A DNA stretch of 63,451 nt, the filler included, from Octopus bimaculoides (taxonomy: Eukaryota), in assembly GCF_001194135.2 (NCBI RefSeq). It is 12 parts of 11 records of this genome, joined end to end, with 100 filler letters (N's around TTAATTAATTAA, not from the genome) between each part and the next. Parts side by side here need not be neighbours in the genome. Positions count along the whole stretch, not along the records: positions 10,141 to 23,224 come from NC_068982.1; positions 23,325 to 25,499 come from NW_026356482.1; positions 25,600 to 31,475 come from NC_068992.1; 9 more parts are not named here. The stretch is one strand, 5' to 3'. How positions within the stretch are numbered: position 1 is the stretch's first letter; each line of letters begins with the position of its first letter. Positions 13,415-25,789 of this stretch are shown here, piece after piece. The notes beneath the pieces were generated by a model, which was not told the DNA's origin, made no database searches, and worked only from the letters and a program-made list of their open reading frames with translations. Made by a program: the position numbers and the translations under genes.

Positions 13415-14800
13415 GGTGTGAGAGGATAATTAAGCAATAGTTGATTTAGATAAGATAGGAAATAGAGAGTGAATGCAGAGATATTGTATTTGTAAATCCA
13501 TTGTTTAGGCAGAATGGAACACATATAAGGTATGTATACCATTCTTATATGTATACCATTCTTATATGTATACCATTCTGCCTAAACAATGGATTTACAA
13601 ATACAATATCCCTGCATTTACTCTCTATTCTCTATCTTATCTAAATCAATTATTGCTTAACATTTTCTTACTGAAAATATCTGTTTCTCATCAGTACGGA
13701 CCGTTAAATAAATATAATTCTCAGAATCGTATACTAGTTGTTCCCCGCGAATGAAGCACGTGTACACGATTCTGATTATTATATTTTTATGGTAAGATTC
13801 AAAAGTCTTCCCTGGTATTAAATTGATATTGATTAATATCCAATTTTTTACCCTAATGTTTTAATTTAATTAACCATAACCACGTTCTCAAAGATGGTAT
13901 ATTCGATGCAGATACCATTTTCTGCAGAGATATTCCCGGATTTAGCGCGCCAAAACGAAGACTTTTGAATCTTACCATAAAAATATAATTAACAGAACCG
14001 TGTACACGTGCTTCATTCGTGGGGAACAACTAGTATACGATTCTGAGAATTATATNNNNNNNNNNNNNNNNNNNNNNNNNNNNNNNNNNNNNNNNNNNNN
14101 NNNNNNNNNNNNNNNNNNNNNNNNNNNNNNNNNNNNNNNNNNNNNNNNNNNNNNNNNNNNNNNNNNNNNNNNNNNNNNNNNNNNNNNNNNNNNNNNNNNN
14201 NNNNNNNNNNNNNNNNNNNNNNNNNNNNNNNNNNNNNNNNNNNNNNNNNNNNNNNNNNNNNNNNNNNNNNNNNNNNNNNNNNNNNNNNNNNNNNNNNNNN
14301 NNNNNNNNNNNNNNNNNNNNNNNNNNNNNNNNNNNNNNNNNNNNNNNNNNNNNNNNNNNNNNNNNNNNNNNNNNNNNNNNNNNNNNNNNNNNNNNNNNNN
14401 NNNNNNNNNNNNNNNNNNNNNNNNNNNNNNNNNNNNNNNNNNNNNNNNNNNNNNNNNNNNNNNNNNNNNNNNNNNNNNNNNNNNNNNNNNNNNNNNNNNN
14501 NNNNNNNNNNNNNNNNNNNNNNNNNNNNNNNNNNNNNNNNNNNNNNNNNNNNNNNNNNNNNNNNNNNNNNNNNNNNNNNNNNNNNNNNNNNNNNNNNNNN
14601 NNNNNNNNNNNNNNNNNNNNNNNNNNNNNNNNNNNNNNNNNNNNNNNNNNNNNNNNNNNNNNNNNNNNNNNNNNNNNNNNNNNNNNNNNNNNNNNNNNNN
14701 NNNNNNNNNNNNNNNNNNNNNNNNNNNNNNNNNNNNNNNNNNNNNNNNNNNNNNNNNNNNNNNNNNNNNNNNNNNNNNNNNNNNNNNNNNNNNNNNNNNN

Positions 14801-14858
<58 letters not shown>

Positions 14859-15499
14859 GTTATGTTTATTCCTTAGATACAGGTCAATTATATACAATGT
14901 GTCTTCTTTGCTCGTTTCTTATTACGTTTTCAAGGATAATGTTGTTCGTTCCAGTGAGATAATTACATCCTTTTTAAAAGATGCACTGTTTTTCCGATGT
15001 GAAATTTTACATAATACTACAGTTCTGAAAATGAAGTTGTTTTCAACGTTTTACCATTGTCCTTGGCTTTTCCATTATGCACGGAAAAAATAGAGACATG
15101 AATAAAGGTATACCCAAAATAGTATAATTACAGGGGATATTCATCTGAAAATCTGTGACTAAACAAACCGTGATTTTTTTTTATGGCTTACAAGCCTTTG
15201 GTTCTTCGGATTTCGAGAAAGTAGTTGTTGCTAATTGACTGTTTCACATATCTTCAAGTTCCTTCTTCTTTAAATATCAATATTCAGCGCAATGAAACTC
15301 AGGTTTCCCTTTCTTGTATAATCTACAGTAGATATATAGTTTGTGGGTGGAAAATAGAAGCTGTTACGAGGTTATAAAAGGTGTTAGCAAGATGGCACCA
15401 AGTGCAGTTCAAAATTTCATTCTCAAACTATTTGCCAAGAGCACCACTTTCTCCACAGTCCTGGTGATTATCAGTACCGTATTATTATTATTCTTTATT

Positions 15500-15503
15500 A
15501 TTC

Positions 15504-15568
<65 letters not shown>

Positions 15569-15573
15569 CATCA

Positions 15574-15631
<58 letters not shown>

Positions 15632-15634
15632 TAC

Positions 15635-15702
<68 letters not shown>
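15500..15702. repeat. (TTA)n microsatellite
   Basis: Direct reading; it produces the poly-Y and poly-N ORFs. Confidence 0.97.
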
Positions 15703-15703
<1 letters not shown>

Positions 15704-15832
15704 GTATATATCGATTCTTAATTTTCATTTTCTTTTTTCTATTTTAACAGATTGATGAACCAATAATTCATCGCCTAACAAAAAGGAATCTACTTGCATA
15801 GAAAATCAATTGTAAATATTTCAAGATGCTAA

Positions 15833-15990
15833 AACGGTGAAGTGGCAGAATCTTAGCGGCATTCCGTCCGTCTTTATGCTTACTTTCGGAGTCGATAAAA
15901 TAAGTACCAGTTCAGTACGAGGGTCGATGTAGTACACTTACTTCATCCCCCGAAATTGTTGGCCTTGTGCCAAAAATTTGAACCCAATAC
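15833..15990 (+). mobile_element. SINE family B (AGGCGGCGAGCTGGCAGAA... type), diverged copy
   Basis: GTGGCAGAATCTTAGC...GTCGATAAAATAAGTACCAG...GGCCTTGTGCCAAAAATTTG, similar to the copies at 20543, 34975 and 53570. Confidence 0.8.
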
Positions 15991-16562
15991 TTTAGGATGC
16001 TATGGTGGCGAGCTGGCAAAACAGGGTGTCTGAAATCACTTTTGCGTTCTTGAGGAGAGTATTCGGAACTATTATGATATTCAAGTATGAATTAGAAGCA
16101 GCACTAGTTTAATAAACATTGTTGACCACATATACTTAACGTATATGTTTGTGTATTTGCTTTTAGGCCTGTCCATTACTCACATTCGTTTTAACACCTG
16201 GTGCTCTGAGAGAGTAATCTCCGCCACGCCAAATCTTATCCTATCGGCAAATACACAAACCATACACGTTAAATATATGTTCTCGCTAATGGTTACTATG
16301 ACATTATTTATTTCAGTATATTTTTAAAACTAGTCTTAAAAGGCTATTTAATGGTAGAGGCGCATTTTTATTTTGATCAGCCAACCAAATACAAAATAAT
16401 CGAATTCAGGAAAACTACGGAAAGTTTTAACATATATAACAAAAACATTTGACTATTCTTTATCTGTACATATTTCTTTGCAGTTTCTTTTTGCCTAGGC
16501 GGGTTTATATACTTTCTTCAGTTTGTCATGGCTTACCAGCTTTACATGGACACATGAATTGA

Positions 16563-16695
16563 TGGCGGCGGCGACGGCGACGGTGACGGCGGCAGCAGTG
16601 GCGGCAGCGGTGGCGGCAGCGGTGGCGGCAGCGGTGGCGGCAGCGGTGGCGGCAGCGGTGGCGGCAGCGGTGGCGGCAGCGGTGGCGGTAGTGAA

Positions 16696-16735
<40 letters not shown>

Positions 16736-16805
16736 ATGATGATGATGATGATGATGACGACGATGATGACGACGACGACGACGATGAAGTATATGATGAT
16801 GATAA
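16563..16805. repeat. Compound GC-rich 12-bp (GCGGTGGCGGCA)n minisatellite followed by (GAT)n/(GAC)n
   Basis: Direct reading. Confidence 0.95.
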
Positions 16806-17254
16806 TAGTAAATATTGGATGAAAACTTAGGAAGGTGATTTCCAAAGTTACTTGAAGCACCTTGGAATTATTCATCTCGACAAGTATCTATTTCGTCCAA
16901 CAAGGTTATTGCGTTTCTGAGATATTTTCAAACATCTCAGTTCACTCATCAATGCTAAACCTTTCACCGACATCTACTTTATTCTCATCACTATCTTCCT
17001 CACCATTTTCATTGCTTTTGCCAGAATTCGAAACAATATATACAATTTCAGAGTCAGTACAGTGATACGCAACGGGCGTTTTCTCATTAGCATTCATCCA
17101 GACAACCAAATTTTCTTCTTTAAGTCTACTTGCTTAATTCTTGGCATCAGATCCCCTAAAAGATTTGTGATACGGAAACAACTCATTAATACGTTCTTTC
17201 TCTTTTATTACATGAAATCCTATAAAATCTTTCAAATTTCCGTTACGTAAATTC

Positions 17255-17930
17255 TCAAACATCAAGACAGGCCGTAATTTATGCTGACCAGTGTTAATAG
17301 TCTAAAATGATGCCAACCACTAGGAACGATGCAGAGTTTGTCTTTCATGTTGTATGCTTCAATAAATGTTTTTATAAGCTTGCCAACACTTGCTAACCAC
17401 ATCCAACATACTTCTCGCGAAAAGTAAGGATACTTCCCCTTCATGAAGCAGAATTCCTTGCTTTTCACTTTGAATAAGGGACATAAAGTTTAGCGTAAAT
17501 ATATTGTTCTGACAAGATTTCAGCTATGAATGAGCTGAGCGGTTGTCCAGAATGAAAATTTTCCAGTTCACTTTTTCGTTAAACCAGCAAATGTGTAGTC
17601 TGCTCTGGCTTCTGACTCTAAATTGTTTTCAAAACACTGTATAGTAACCTTGGTGGAAATCCATTTTCATTTGCACGGTATATTTCTGGTGGAAATTTCA
17701 ATACATCCCAAGGTGTTTTCAAGGCTCTAGTGAATTTACTTTTCCTATTTCTAGTGGCTTACTTCAGTCTGTGCTTCTGCTTTTGAACGCTTTAGGGAGG
17801 TAATACTACTTTTGTATTAATTTAATCCTGAAAGTTTTCGTCCTCTCCTATTAATGTCCTTCAAAGGGTACATCACCAATATAATGCAGTTTTGCATCAA
17901 CGATAACCTTAGAAAATCCGGAAGTTCCAT
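17255..17930 (-). mobile_element. Decayed pogo/Tigger-like (DDE_1) transposase remnant
   Basis: Minus strand gives YRANENG..., ILDNRSAH (cf. LLLDNAxAH) and ...SLIQ, with many stops and frameshifts. Confidence 0.5.
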
Positions 17931-18223
17931 ATAGTCTTGTTATTTGTATCATTGTTGTTGCTATTGTTGTAAATAAATGTGGAGTTTAGGGATAACGTGG
18001 CTGCAGAAACAAGGTCACCTTAAGGCGCATAAGCAAGGACTCAGTTAGTGGAAACTGAATGTTTCATTTTGAAAGTGAAAAACTAAAAAAAGACCGGATT
18101 ACCTGATTCACGAATAAGTTGGTCTGAACTTGAGTGATCGTCACCTCTCTAAAGAGGGGATTAGATGGCTTTGATAAGCTTAGGTCAGAATATAGTTTTC
18201 GAGAATGTCGTTTAGAGGGAATC

Positions 18224-18592
18224 TGCTACTATTGCTACTGCTACTATTGCTACTGCTACTATTACTACTGCTACTATTGCTACTGCTACTATTGCTACAG
18301 CTGGTCTTGCTACTACTCCAGCTGCTGCCAGACCTACTGCTAGTGATTGCACTGATGCTGCCACCGCGGTTATTACTGCTATAGTCATTGACTCTACTGC
18401 TACTGCTACAACTACTACAACTACTGCTACAACTACCGCTACAATTACTACTACTGCTTCTATTGCTGCTTCTATACTGCTACTACTGCAGCTGCTGCTT
18501 CTGCTACTACTACAACTACTATTACCATTAACAACTCTACTGATACTAATGTTATTACTACTGCTATTACTGCTACAACTAGTACTTCTACT
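18224..18592. repeat. Compound (CTA)/(CTG)/(CAA) microsatellite
   Basis: Direct reading. Confidence 0.95.
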
Positions 18593-18975
18593 GTGGAGGC
18601 ACAATGGCCCAGTGGTTAGGGCAGCGGACTCGCGGTCATAGGATCGCGGTTTCGATTCCCAGACCGGGCGTTGTGAGTGTTTATTGAGCGAAAACACCTA
18701 AAGCTCCATGAGGCTCCGGCAGGGGATGGTGGCGAACCCTGCTGTACACTTTCACCACAACTTTCTCTTACTTCCTGTTTCTGTTGTGCCTGTAATTCAA
18801 AGGGTCAGCCTTGTCACACTGTGTCACGCTGAACATCCCCGAGAACTACGTTAAGAGAACACGTATCTGTGGAGTGCTCAGCCACTTGCACGTTAATTTC
18901 ACGAGCAGGCTGTTCCGTTGATCAGATCAACCGGAACCCTCGACGTCGTAAGCGACGGAGTGCCAACAACAACAA
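18593..18975 (+). mobile_element. Full-length tRNA-derived SINE family C (~385 bp, (CAA)n tail)
   Basis: Head GGAGGCACAATGGCCCAGTGGTTAGGGCAGCGGACTCGCGG...TTCGATTCC. Closely similar copy at 50008-50394. Confidence 0.92.
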
Positions 18976-19149
18976 TACTACTATGAATAATTAATCACAT
19001 CCGTCCTTCAAGTCCTATTAATCCTCTATTAACCTTCTAGTATAATGTAGTCGTGTTATATACTACGTAGAAGTCTTTCATTTTTAAGTTACGCCCATGT
19101 TGATACCCGATTTAACTTAACAAACCATCTGTATCTCTTCGACAATATC

Positions 19150-19850
19150 TCTTGATTAGGGTAATATATCTTACTTCGACTCTCTCTAAGAGATGAGAAT
19201 GTTGAAGTCACTGAGAACGTTGAGGGCACAGATAACTATGGCTTCAGCATTCCCAGCTCCTTGTGAACTTATTACTCATTGATGCCGCCTATTATGCCAA
19301 TGAAAAAGTCGAGTCTTTTATAATCATCAATTTTCTTCCACATTTCACCTCCTCTGTATGCATCCCAGGTTGACACTCAAATACCGAAAACACCCTTGAT
19401 CTCTTTCTCATCTATCTTATACATCATCTTATACCGCTTTCCGCATTAAACCAGTCATCAACCACTGCTTCATCGTAACTACCCAACATATTCACACACC
19501 CCACAACACACCTTATGTCTCACACTCTCTCGTACTTCAAGTGAGCCGAACAGTCGAAGCACTTCCCATTTTGTGCTTCACTTGTCCTTCCATATCACAC
19601 ACAACAAAAATACGATGCCTTAAGACTTCAAACTGGATTCCTGCATGAGAATTCAAGGCTTACAACATCTGATGAAACTTACCCTCGAATACTAGATAGT
19701 AACGAGACAGTACTGTACTGTAAAAAAAGATTTCATACTTCGTCCACCCACTCACAAGCTATCTCGCCTTCTAAACTACACCTGTTCCTTTTGGTCTCTT
19801 TTGATAAGAGACCACCAACGCAGTATTATCTTCTTTCTCTCTACTTCTCA
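19150..19850 (+). mobile_element. Decayed CR1/Jockey-group LINE, AP-endonuclease region
   Basis: AACACCCTTGATCTCTTTCTC = NTLDLFL, followed by ...NHCFI (cf. SDHxLI). Confidence 0.5.
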
Positions 19851-19916
19851 AAAAGAAGCATTTTTCATCCTCCTAAATAATTCTCTTGAGTCTCTCCAAA
19901 ATCTTGAGTCTCTCTC

Positions 19917-19970
<54 letters not shown>

Positions 19971-20073
19971 NNNNNNNNNNNNNNNNNNNNNNNNNNNNNN
20001 NNNNNNNNNNNNNNNNNNNNNNNNNNNNNNNNNNNNNNNNNNNNNNNNNNNNNNNNNNNNNNNNNNNNNNNNN

Positions 20074-20159
<86 letters not shown>

Positions 20160-20165
<6 letters not shown>

Positions 20166-20530
20166 GTGCCCAATTAGAATTTTCTTTAGGTTGACTAGCC
20201 TATCCCACTCAAAAAGTCCCTGAATAAGGTTTGTACAAGGATGATGAAAGAAACACCCATGTTTCCAGAGGGGAATTATTCAAACCCCAAAGAATTCCTC
20301 TCCACACATGACAATGATGCTGCCCCACTACTTCTGCTCATGATCAGAGATGCACATATCGTCAGCCACCAAGGAAGATACTCAACTGGTTATGGTCAAA
20401 CAACTGACAAGCAAATCTGTGATATTGAGCAGAATATTTGTGTAGCCCATCTTTTATACCAAGACAAAACAATGTACATGATAACAATTCCAATCAGTTA
20501 AGATCAGAAGCCATGAGAGCCACTGCCTGG
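20160..20530 (-). mobile_element. Non-autonomous interspersed repeat, partial copy (same family as 52595-53490)
   Basis: The reverse complement matches 52595-52920 (GTGGCTCTCATGGCTTCTGAT...GGGCTACA...GAGAGGAATTCTTTGGGGTTTGAATAATTC). Confidence 0.85.
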
Positions 20531-20542
20531 TATTATTATTAA

Positions 20543-20755
20543 GGCAGCGAGCTGGCAGAATCTGGCACGCTGGACGAAATGCCTAGCGGTATTTCGCCCG
20601 TCGCTGCCTTCTGAGTTCAAATTCTGCCAAGATCGTCTTTACCTTTCATCCTGTCGGAGTCGATAAATTAAGTATCAGTTTCGTACTGTGGTCGATCTAA
20701 TAGATTGGCTCACTCCCCTCAAAACATTTCAGGCCTTGTGCCTAGAGTAGAAAGG
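20543..20755 (+). mobile_element. SINE family B, near full length, followed by a (TTA)n tract
   Basis: AGGCAGCGAGCTGGCAGAATC...TTCTGAGTTCAAATTC...GGCCTTGTGCCTAGAGTAGAAAG. Confidence 0.9.
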
Positions 20756-20782
20756 ATTGTTATTATTGTTATTATTATTGTA

Positions 20783-20830
<48 letters not shown>

Positions 20831-20833
<3 letters not shown>

Positions 20834-20993
20834 TAGTTTTATTTTTATAACGTGCTTTCACTTCACTACCGAGCGCAGCTCTGTGTGCCTTGGGTATGTG
20901 CTGTGGTTTGCTGTGATGCTCTTATGGTTACTGTATTGAAAGTGTTTTGCGTAGGATGTGTGCAGTGCCCAGTAGTGCAATTTTCTGCATGTT
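20831..20993 (-). mobile_element. 5'-truncated 3' end of an R4/Dong-like (RLE-type) non-LTR retrotransposon
   Basis: Minus strand NMQKIALLGTAHILRKTLSIQ* (cf. QKxxLLGTAxILR), then a short 3' UTR and an (AAT)n tail. Confidence 0.75.
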
Positions 20994-20998
20994 ATATA

Positions 20999-21035
<37 letters not shown>

Positions 21036-21039
<4 letters not shown>

Positions 21040-22230
21040 AAGTCCTGGTGTTTTGTACTAGGAGTGTGGCCTTGGTGATGGAGTTAGTCTTGAATTGTAC
21101 ATTTATCCATCCTCTATGTTTCTCTACCCAGTGACTGATTGCTTTTAGGCCTAAAGTGTGAGGTATATTAGTATAGAGATTGGTGACATCAAAACTTGTA
21201 AGTATAGTACATTCTACGACAGTGGGAGGGATTTGTTGGATGAAATTTATGCCATCCCTTACATAACTGGGTATTAAAGGGCGGTCCAGCAACTATTGGT
21301 CTTAGTTTGAGATCAGCAGGCCTTGATATTTTTACGTACTGGATCTTCTGCTTATTTATGGCATTTTGTATTTCGGGGCTTTTGTGGATTTTGGGTAATC
21401 CGTAGAAATTGCTCTCTTTGATTACAGAGTTGCATAATATAATATTTCTCCTTGTCTGTGAAGGAATCTTGGAATTCATTGATTAGTCTTCTGATTTTAT
21501 TCATTATCGTTTTTTCTGAGTGTCTTGGTTCTTCCTTGTAGTAGATTTGGTTTGTTAAAATTTCCAATATTTTATTTTTATGATAGTCCTTCTCCACGAT
21601 TACTATCGTCCCTCCCTTATCGGCTTCTTTTAGGATGATTGAATTGTCATTCTTCAGTGTTTGTAAGATTTCCTTTTCTTCTTAACGAAGGTTTTGTTTG
21701 CATCTTTGGGTATTTAGGTGAAATTTTGAAATCGTGTGTACATACACGTCTAAATATTTGTCCTTTCCCTTGTAGGGGGTGAAATGGGATTTATTTCTGA
21801 ATATTGATTCATCGTTTAAATTCTTACTGCTGAAGAATTGTATAAGTCGGAGATGGTGGTTGAAGTGTTCGATATCAGATTTCAGTTCAATGAGATTAGG
21901 GTTGGGTTTTGGGGTAAACTTCAAACCATTTAATAGGAGGTTCATCTCATTCTTGTTGAGGTTTCTATTTGACAAATTTATGATCTTCGGATTACTCTAT
22001 TGTCATGGAACCCCCCCCCCCCAAAAAAAAAACAATGTTCTCTTCTTCTGACCAAAAGCCCCCAAAAAACATCTGTTTTATATAAATGAACAAGCTGTTT
22101 GTACATTCACAAAATTTTATTTGACAAGTTCGAGAAACGAACGAAAGCGCTAATAACAATGAAGAAACAAAAAGATTTTTCTTTCCAAAATTCTGACGAC
22201 TTTTTTTCCTCAATATTCAATTTCTGTACA
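21036..22230 (-). pseudogene. Penelope-like reverse transcriptase, N-terminal half, frameshifted and truncated at (TA)n
   Basis: LLLNGLKFTPKP, IILKEADKGGTIVI, FYGLPKIHK, LRPIVAGP and TSFDVTNLYTNIP across several frames. Confidence 0.93.
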
Positions 22231-22237
22231 CCACACC

Positions 22238-22306
<69 letters not shown>

Positions 22307-22313
22307 ACACACC

Positions 22314-22361
<48 letters not shown>

Positions 22362-22960
22362 GATATTCAGATTATGTTATAATGTTTTTAGTGCATTTAG
22401 GTAAGACCATTTAACTGGATAATATAGTCTTTGTAAGGTAGTGAACATTTGTAAATAACTCTCTTTTTTTCATTTTTCTGGAAGTCAAAAATGCAGTAAA
22501 AACTTTTCATTGTTCCCACACACACACATGCACTCACACCACCTTACTACATAAACATGAATATAGTTATTTGGTGATCTAGACTAAAACTCTATTGGTC
22601 GTAGGTCTGCTGAAGTAAGCTGTAACAACATTAATAATACCAATCCAACTAATACCTATTTAAAATATCTATGAGCCAATGAGGGAACCGCTTATCAAAC
22701 AAACCTTTTTCTAAACTCCTAAAGGACATGTGATGTATTCCTAGATACACTATGTGTGATAAAAGGATGGGACGCTTACCTATAGAATGTTCGTTCATGA
22801 ATATGTCTTATTAACTTTGACTTGGATGAGAAGACAAAAACATACAAATACTGTTCAAGGGAAGTAAATCCAAATATATTTGAAAGTTACTTCCCATGTA
22901 CCACATGTTAACTGAAAGCATGCAGCGGCTAAATTTCCTTTAACCTTTCCCTTTTTACAG

Positions 22961-22992
22961 GTATGAGACTGCTGCTATGCTGAGATTTATTT
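22961..22992 (+). CDS. Candidate 32-bp micro-exon (xYETAAMLRFIx)
   Basis: Strong acceptor (CCTTTCCCTTTTTACAG) and GTAAGT donor. Coding status and gene assignment are unknown. Confidence 0.4.
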
Positions 22993-23192
22993 GTAAGTCT
23001 GATTACGTATTATGTCGGTTTCTTATAACGAACTGCAAACATATAAGGACATACACGTAATTTTGTCAGTGAACAGGTCGCGGTCTCAAAGCGACGAAAA
23101 TATTTTGGCAAATTAAATTTAAATGTTGAAGTGAATCTAACTGTTTTTGTGTGTTTTTAAATGGCTTATAAACAACTTCCACGTTGCAATCG

Positions 23193-23224
<32 letters not shown>

Positions 23225-25789
23225 NNNNNNNNNNNNNNNNNNNNNNNNNNNNNNNNNNNNNNNNNNNNTTAATTAATTAANNNNNNNNNNNNNNNNNNNN
23301 NNNNNNNNNNNNNNNNNNNNNNNNTGTGTGTGTGTGTGTGTGTGTGTATACACACTACTCACAGACACACATACTTACAGACATTCACAAACAATCTCAC
23401 ATTTCTATCGAAAAAGAGTGAAAATATTGAGGGAGGCATATAGGGGACACGATATAAAATTGGCATACTTTAAATAGTTAGTAATATATTGTCAATGAAA
23501 TATTATCAAGTAGACTTATTCAACTTACAGATATCCTAACTGGGGCACATCATCGAATGTCCCTACTTGAATTGTTTCAGTATGATTTTCATTCAAATAT
23601 CTGTAAAAGAAAACGTTAGCTGGTGTGATTACGTATAGAGGAGTATTATTGTAAAGTATTATTATCAACGAAATGACAATGAAATAGGATTTTAGGTGAT
23701 AAGAAATCGTAAAGAAGTGTTTTCTGATTACATGCAAAATATTACTGTTAAACAATTATTTGTTTGAGGAGAACGGATGTAGGTGAGAAATGTGATATTA
23801 TTAATATTAAGAATGGGGAGATGAAGAGACAGAGGAGAAGGGTNNNNNNNNNNNNNNNNNNNNNNNNNNNNNNNNNNNNNNNNNNNNNNNNNNNNNNNNN
23901 NNNNNNNNNNNNNNNNNNNNNNNNNNNNNNNNNNNNNNNNNNNNNNNNNNNNNNNNNNNNNNNNNNNNNNNNNNNNNNNNNNNNNNNNNNNNNNNNNNNN
24001 NNNNNNNNNNNNNNNNNNNNNNNNNNNNNNNNNNNNNNNNNNNNNNNNNNNNNNNNNNNNNNNNNNNNNNNNNNNNNNNNNNNNNNNNNNNNNNNNNNNN
24101 NNNNNNNNNNNNNNNNNNNNNNNNNNNNNNNNNNNNNNNNNNNNNNNNNNNNNNNNNNNNNNNNNNNNNNNNNNNNNNNNNNNNNNNNNNNNNNNNNNNN
24201 NNNNNNNNNNNNNNNNNNNNNNNNNNNNNNNNNNNNNNNNNNNNNNNNNNNNNNNNNNNNNNNNNNNNNNNNNNNNNNNNNNNNNNNNNNNNNNNNNNNN
24301 NNNNNNNNNNNNNNNNNNNNNNNNNNNNNNNNNNNNNNNNNNNNNNNNNNNNNNNNNNNNNNNNNNNNNNNNNNNNNNNNNNNNNNNNNNNNNNNNNNNN
24401 NNNNNNNNNNNNNNNNNNNNNNNNNGATGATGATGATGATGATGATGAAACAAAGAGATTGGCGATAAAAGAGAAACGAGAAGAAATATTTGCAAAAAAT
24501 GATGCGAAAGAAATTTGAAATGTTGGACTGAAAAATGATTGACGTTTGTAAGGAGATGGTGAAGAACGAAGAGAATAGAAAGAAGATAAAAAGAGAAGCA
24601 GGATGACCAGAATATGATGAATAAGATTAAAATAAGGAAACAGCATTAAAATCTGATAGAATTGAAAGCCATGAAAGACAAAGAAAATGAGGAAAAGTAA
24701 GAAAATAACAGGCGAATAATAAACAGAACGGTAGAAGAAGAAGANNNNNNNNNNNNNNNNNNNNNNNNNNNNNNNNNNNNNNNNNNNNNNNNNNNNNNNN
24801 NNNNNNNNNNNNNNNNNNNNNNNNNNNNNNNNNNNNNNNNNNNNNNNNNNNNNNNNNNNGGAGAAGAAGATGAAAAAGAAGAGTCGATGATAGTAATCAG
24901 TGGTGATGGAAACCAAACAAAAAATACTCGACGAATTACACATACGTTTTGATAAATTCACACGCATACATCCATACACATACAGACAGACATAGATATA
25001 TAGATAAACAAGTTTCCACTAAACATTTCCCGTCAATTCAAAAACACTCATAAATCCGAAAACTCATGAAGGTAACCCCACTCATATTCACAAATGTTCG
25101 CAAACAACACCACATATTTTGGACACACACTTGTTGTAGACATACACAGACGCATACACATGCATTCCCTAAATCGTTACCCGCAGATATCATTCTGCCA
25201 TATGAACCGTATGTAAGAAATGGGTCCACACTCAAAATTTATAAACATTAACCAAATTCTTTGGAAAGACGAGTGAGGGAGCTTAAAATGAAGTATTGGA
25301 AGACATTACATATTTTGAAATGTATCATCGATGACATACTTAAAAAGAACACTTATTCAACTTACATTTCTGTTAAACTGGACATATTTTGGAAGGTGTC
25401 TGCTTTGATTTCTGTGATATTATTAGAACTCAAAAATCTGGAACATAAAATTGAGTTAAGAAGGAATTTTATAGAACACAATTGTGACAAAAGTTTGACN
25501 NNNNNNNNNNNNNNNNNNNNNNNNNNNNNNNNNNNNNNNNNNNTTAATTAATTAANNNNNNNNNNNNNNNNNNNNNNNNNNNNNNNNNNNNNNNNNNNNT
25601 CTTTGTAAATATGTTTGTATACATTTATGTATGTGTGTGTTTGTAAGAGACAGAGTGTGAGTGAGTCAAGGGGTGTGTGTGTGCATGTGTATGTGTGTGA
25701 GACAGAGTGAGAGAGCGGTGTGTATGTAGTATTTACTCTCTCTCTCTCATACACACTCACACACACACTCACACACAAAATAGAGAGTG

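Larger units (their letters stand above)
12613..14055. mobile_element. Rearranged non-autonomous Penelope-like locus: pLTR segments, GIY-YIG fragment, two nested inverted repeats
   Basis: Inverted repeats 12651-12804/13657-13810 and 13430-13517/13573-13660. Direct copy 12613-12749 = 13919-14055. EN ORF and two HHR motifs lie inside. Confidence 0.85.

Noticed and set aside
13919-14055. Exact duplicate of 12613-12749 as a real tandem pLTR
   Set aside because: Not counted as independent evidence: both copies abut large gaps and may be an assembly redundancy.
11621-14962. 300-350 aa ORFs at 11.6-12.7 and 14.0-14.9 kb (and similar ones at 23.7-25.0, 29.6-30.2 and 36.9-37.5 kb)
   Set aside because: Composed mostly of X from N gaps.
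15751-15801. Exon after a strong acceptor (TTTTAACAG|ATTGATGAACC)
   Set aside because: All three frames stop within 17 codons and there is no convincing donor.
18595-18670. tRNA gene
   Set aside because: The tRNA-like sequence is the head of a multi-copy SINE that continues into a body and a (CAA)n tail; it has no proper acceptor stem or poly-T terminator.
20858-21292. Apparent read-through fusion of Penelope RT into the Dong-like C-terminus
   Set aside because: The RT frame crosses (TA)n into a different frame from QKIALLGTAHILRK, so it is not an in-frame fusion.
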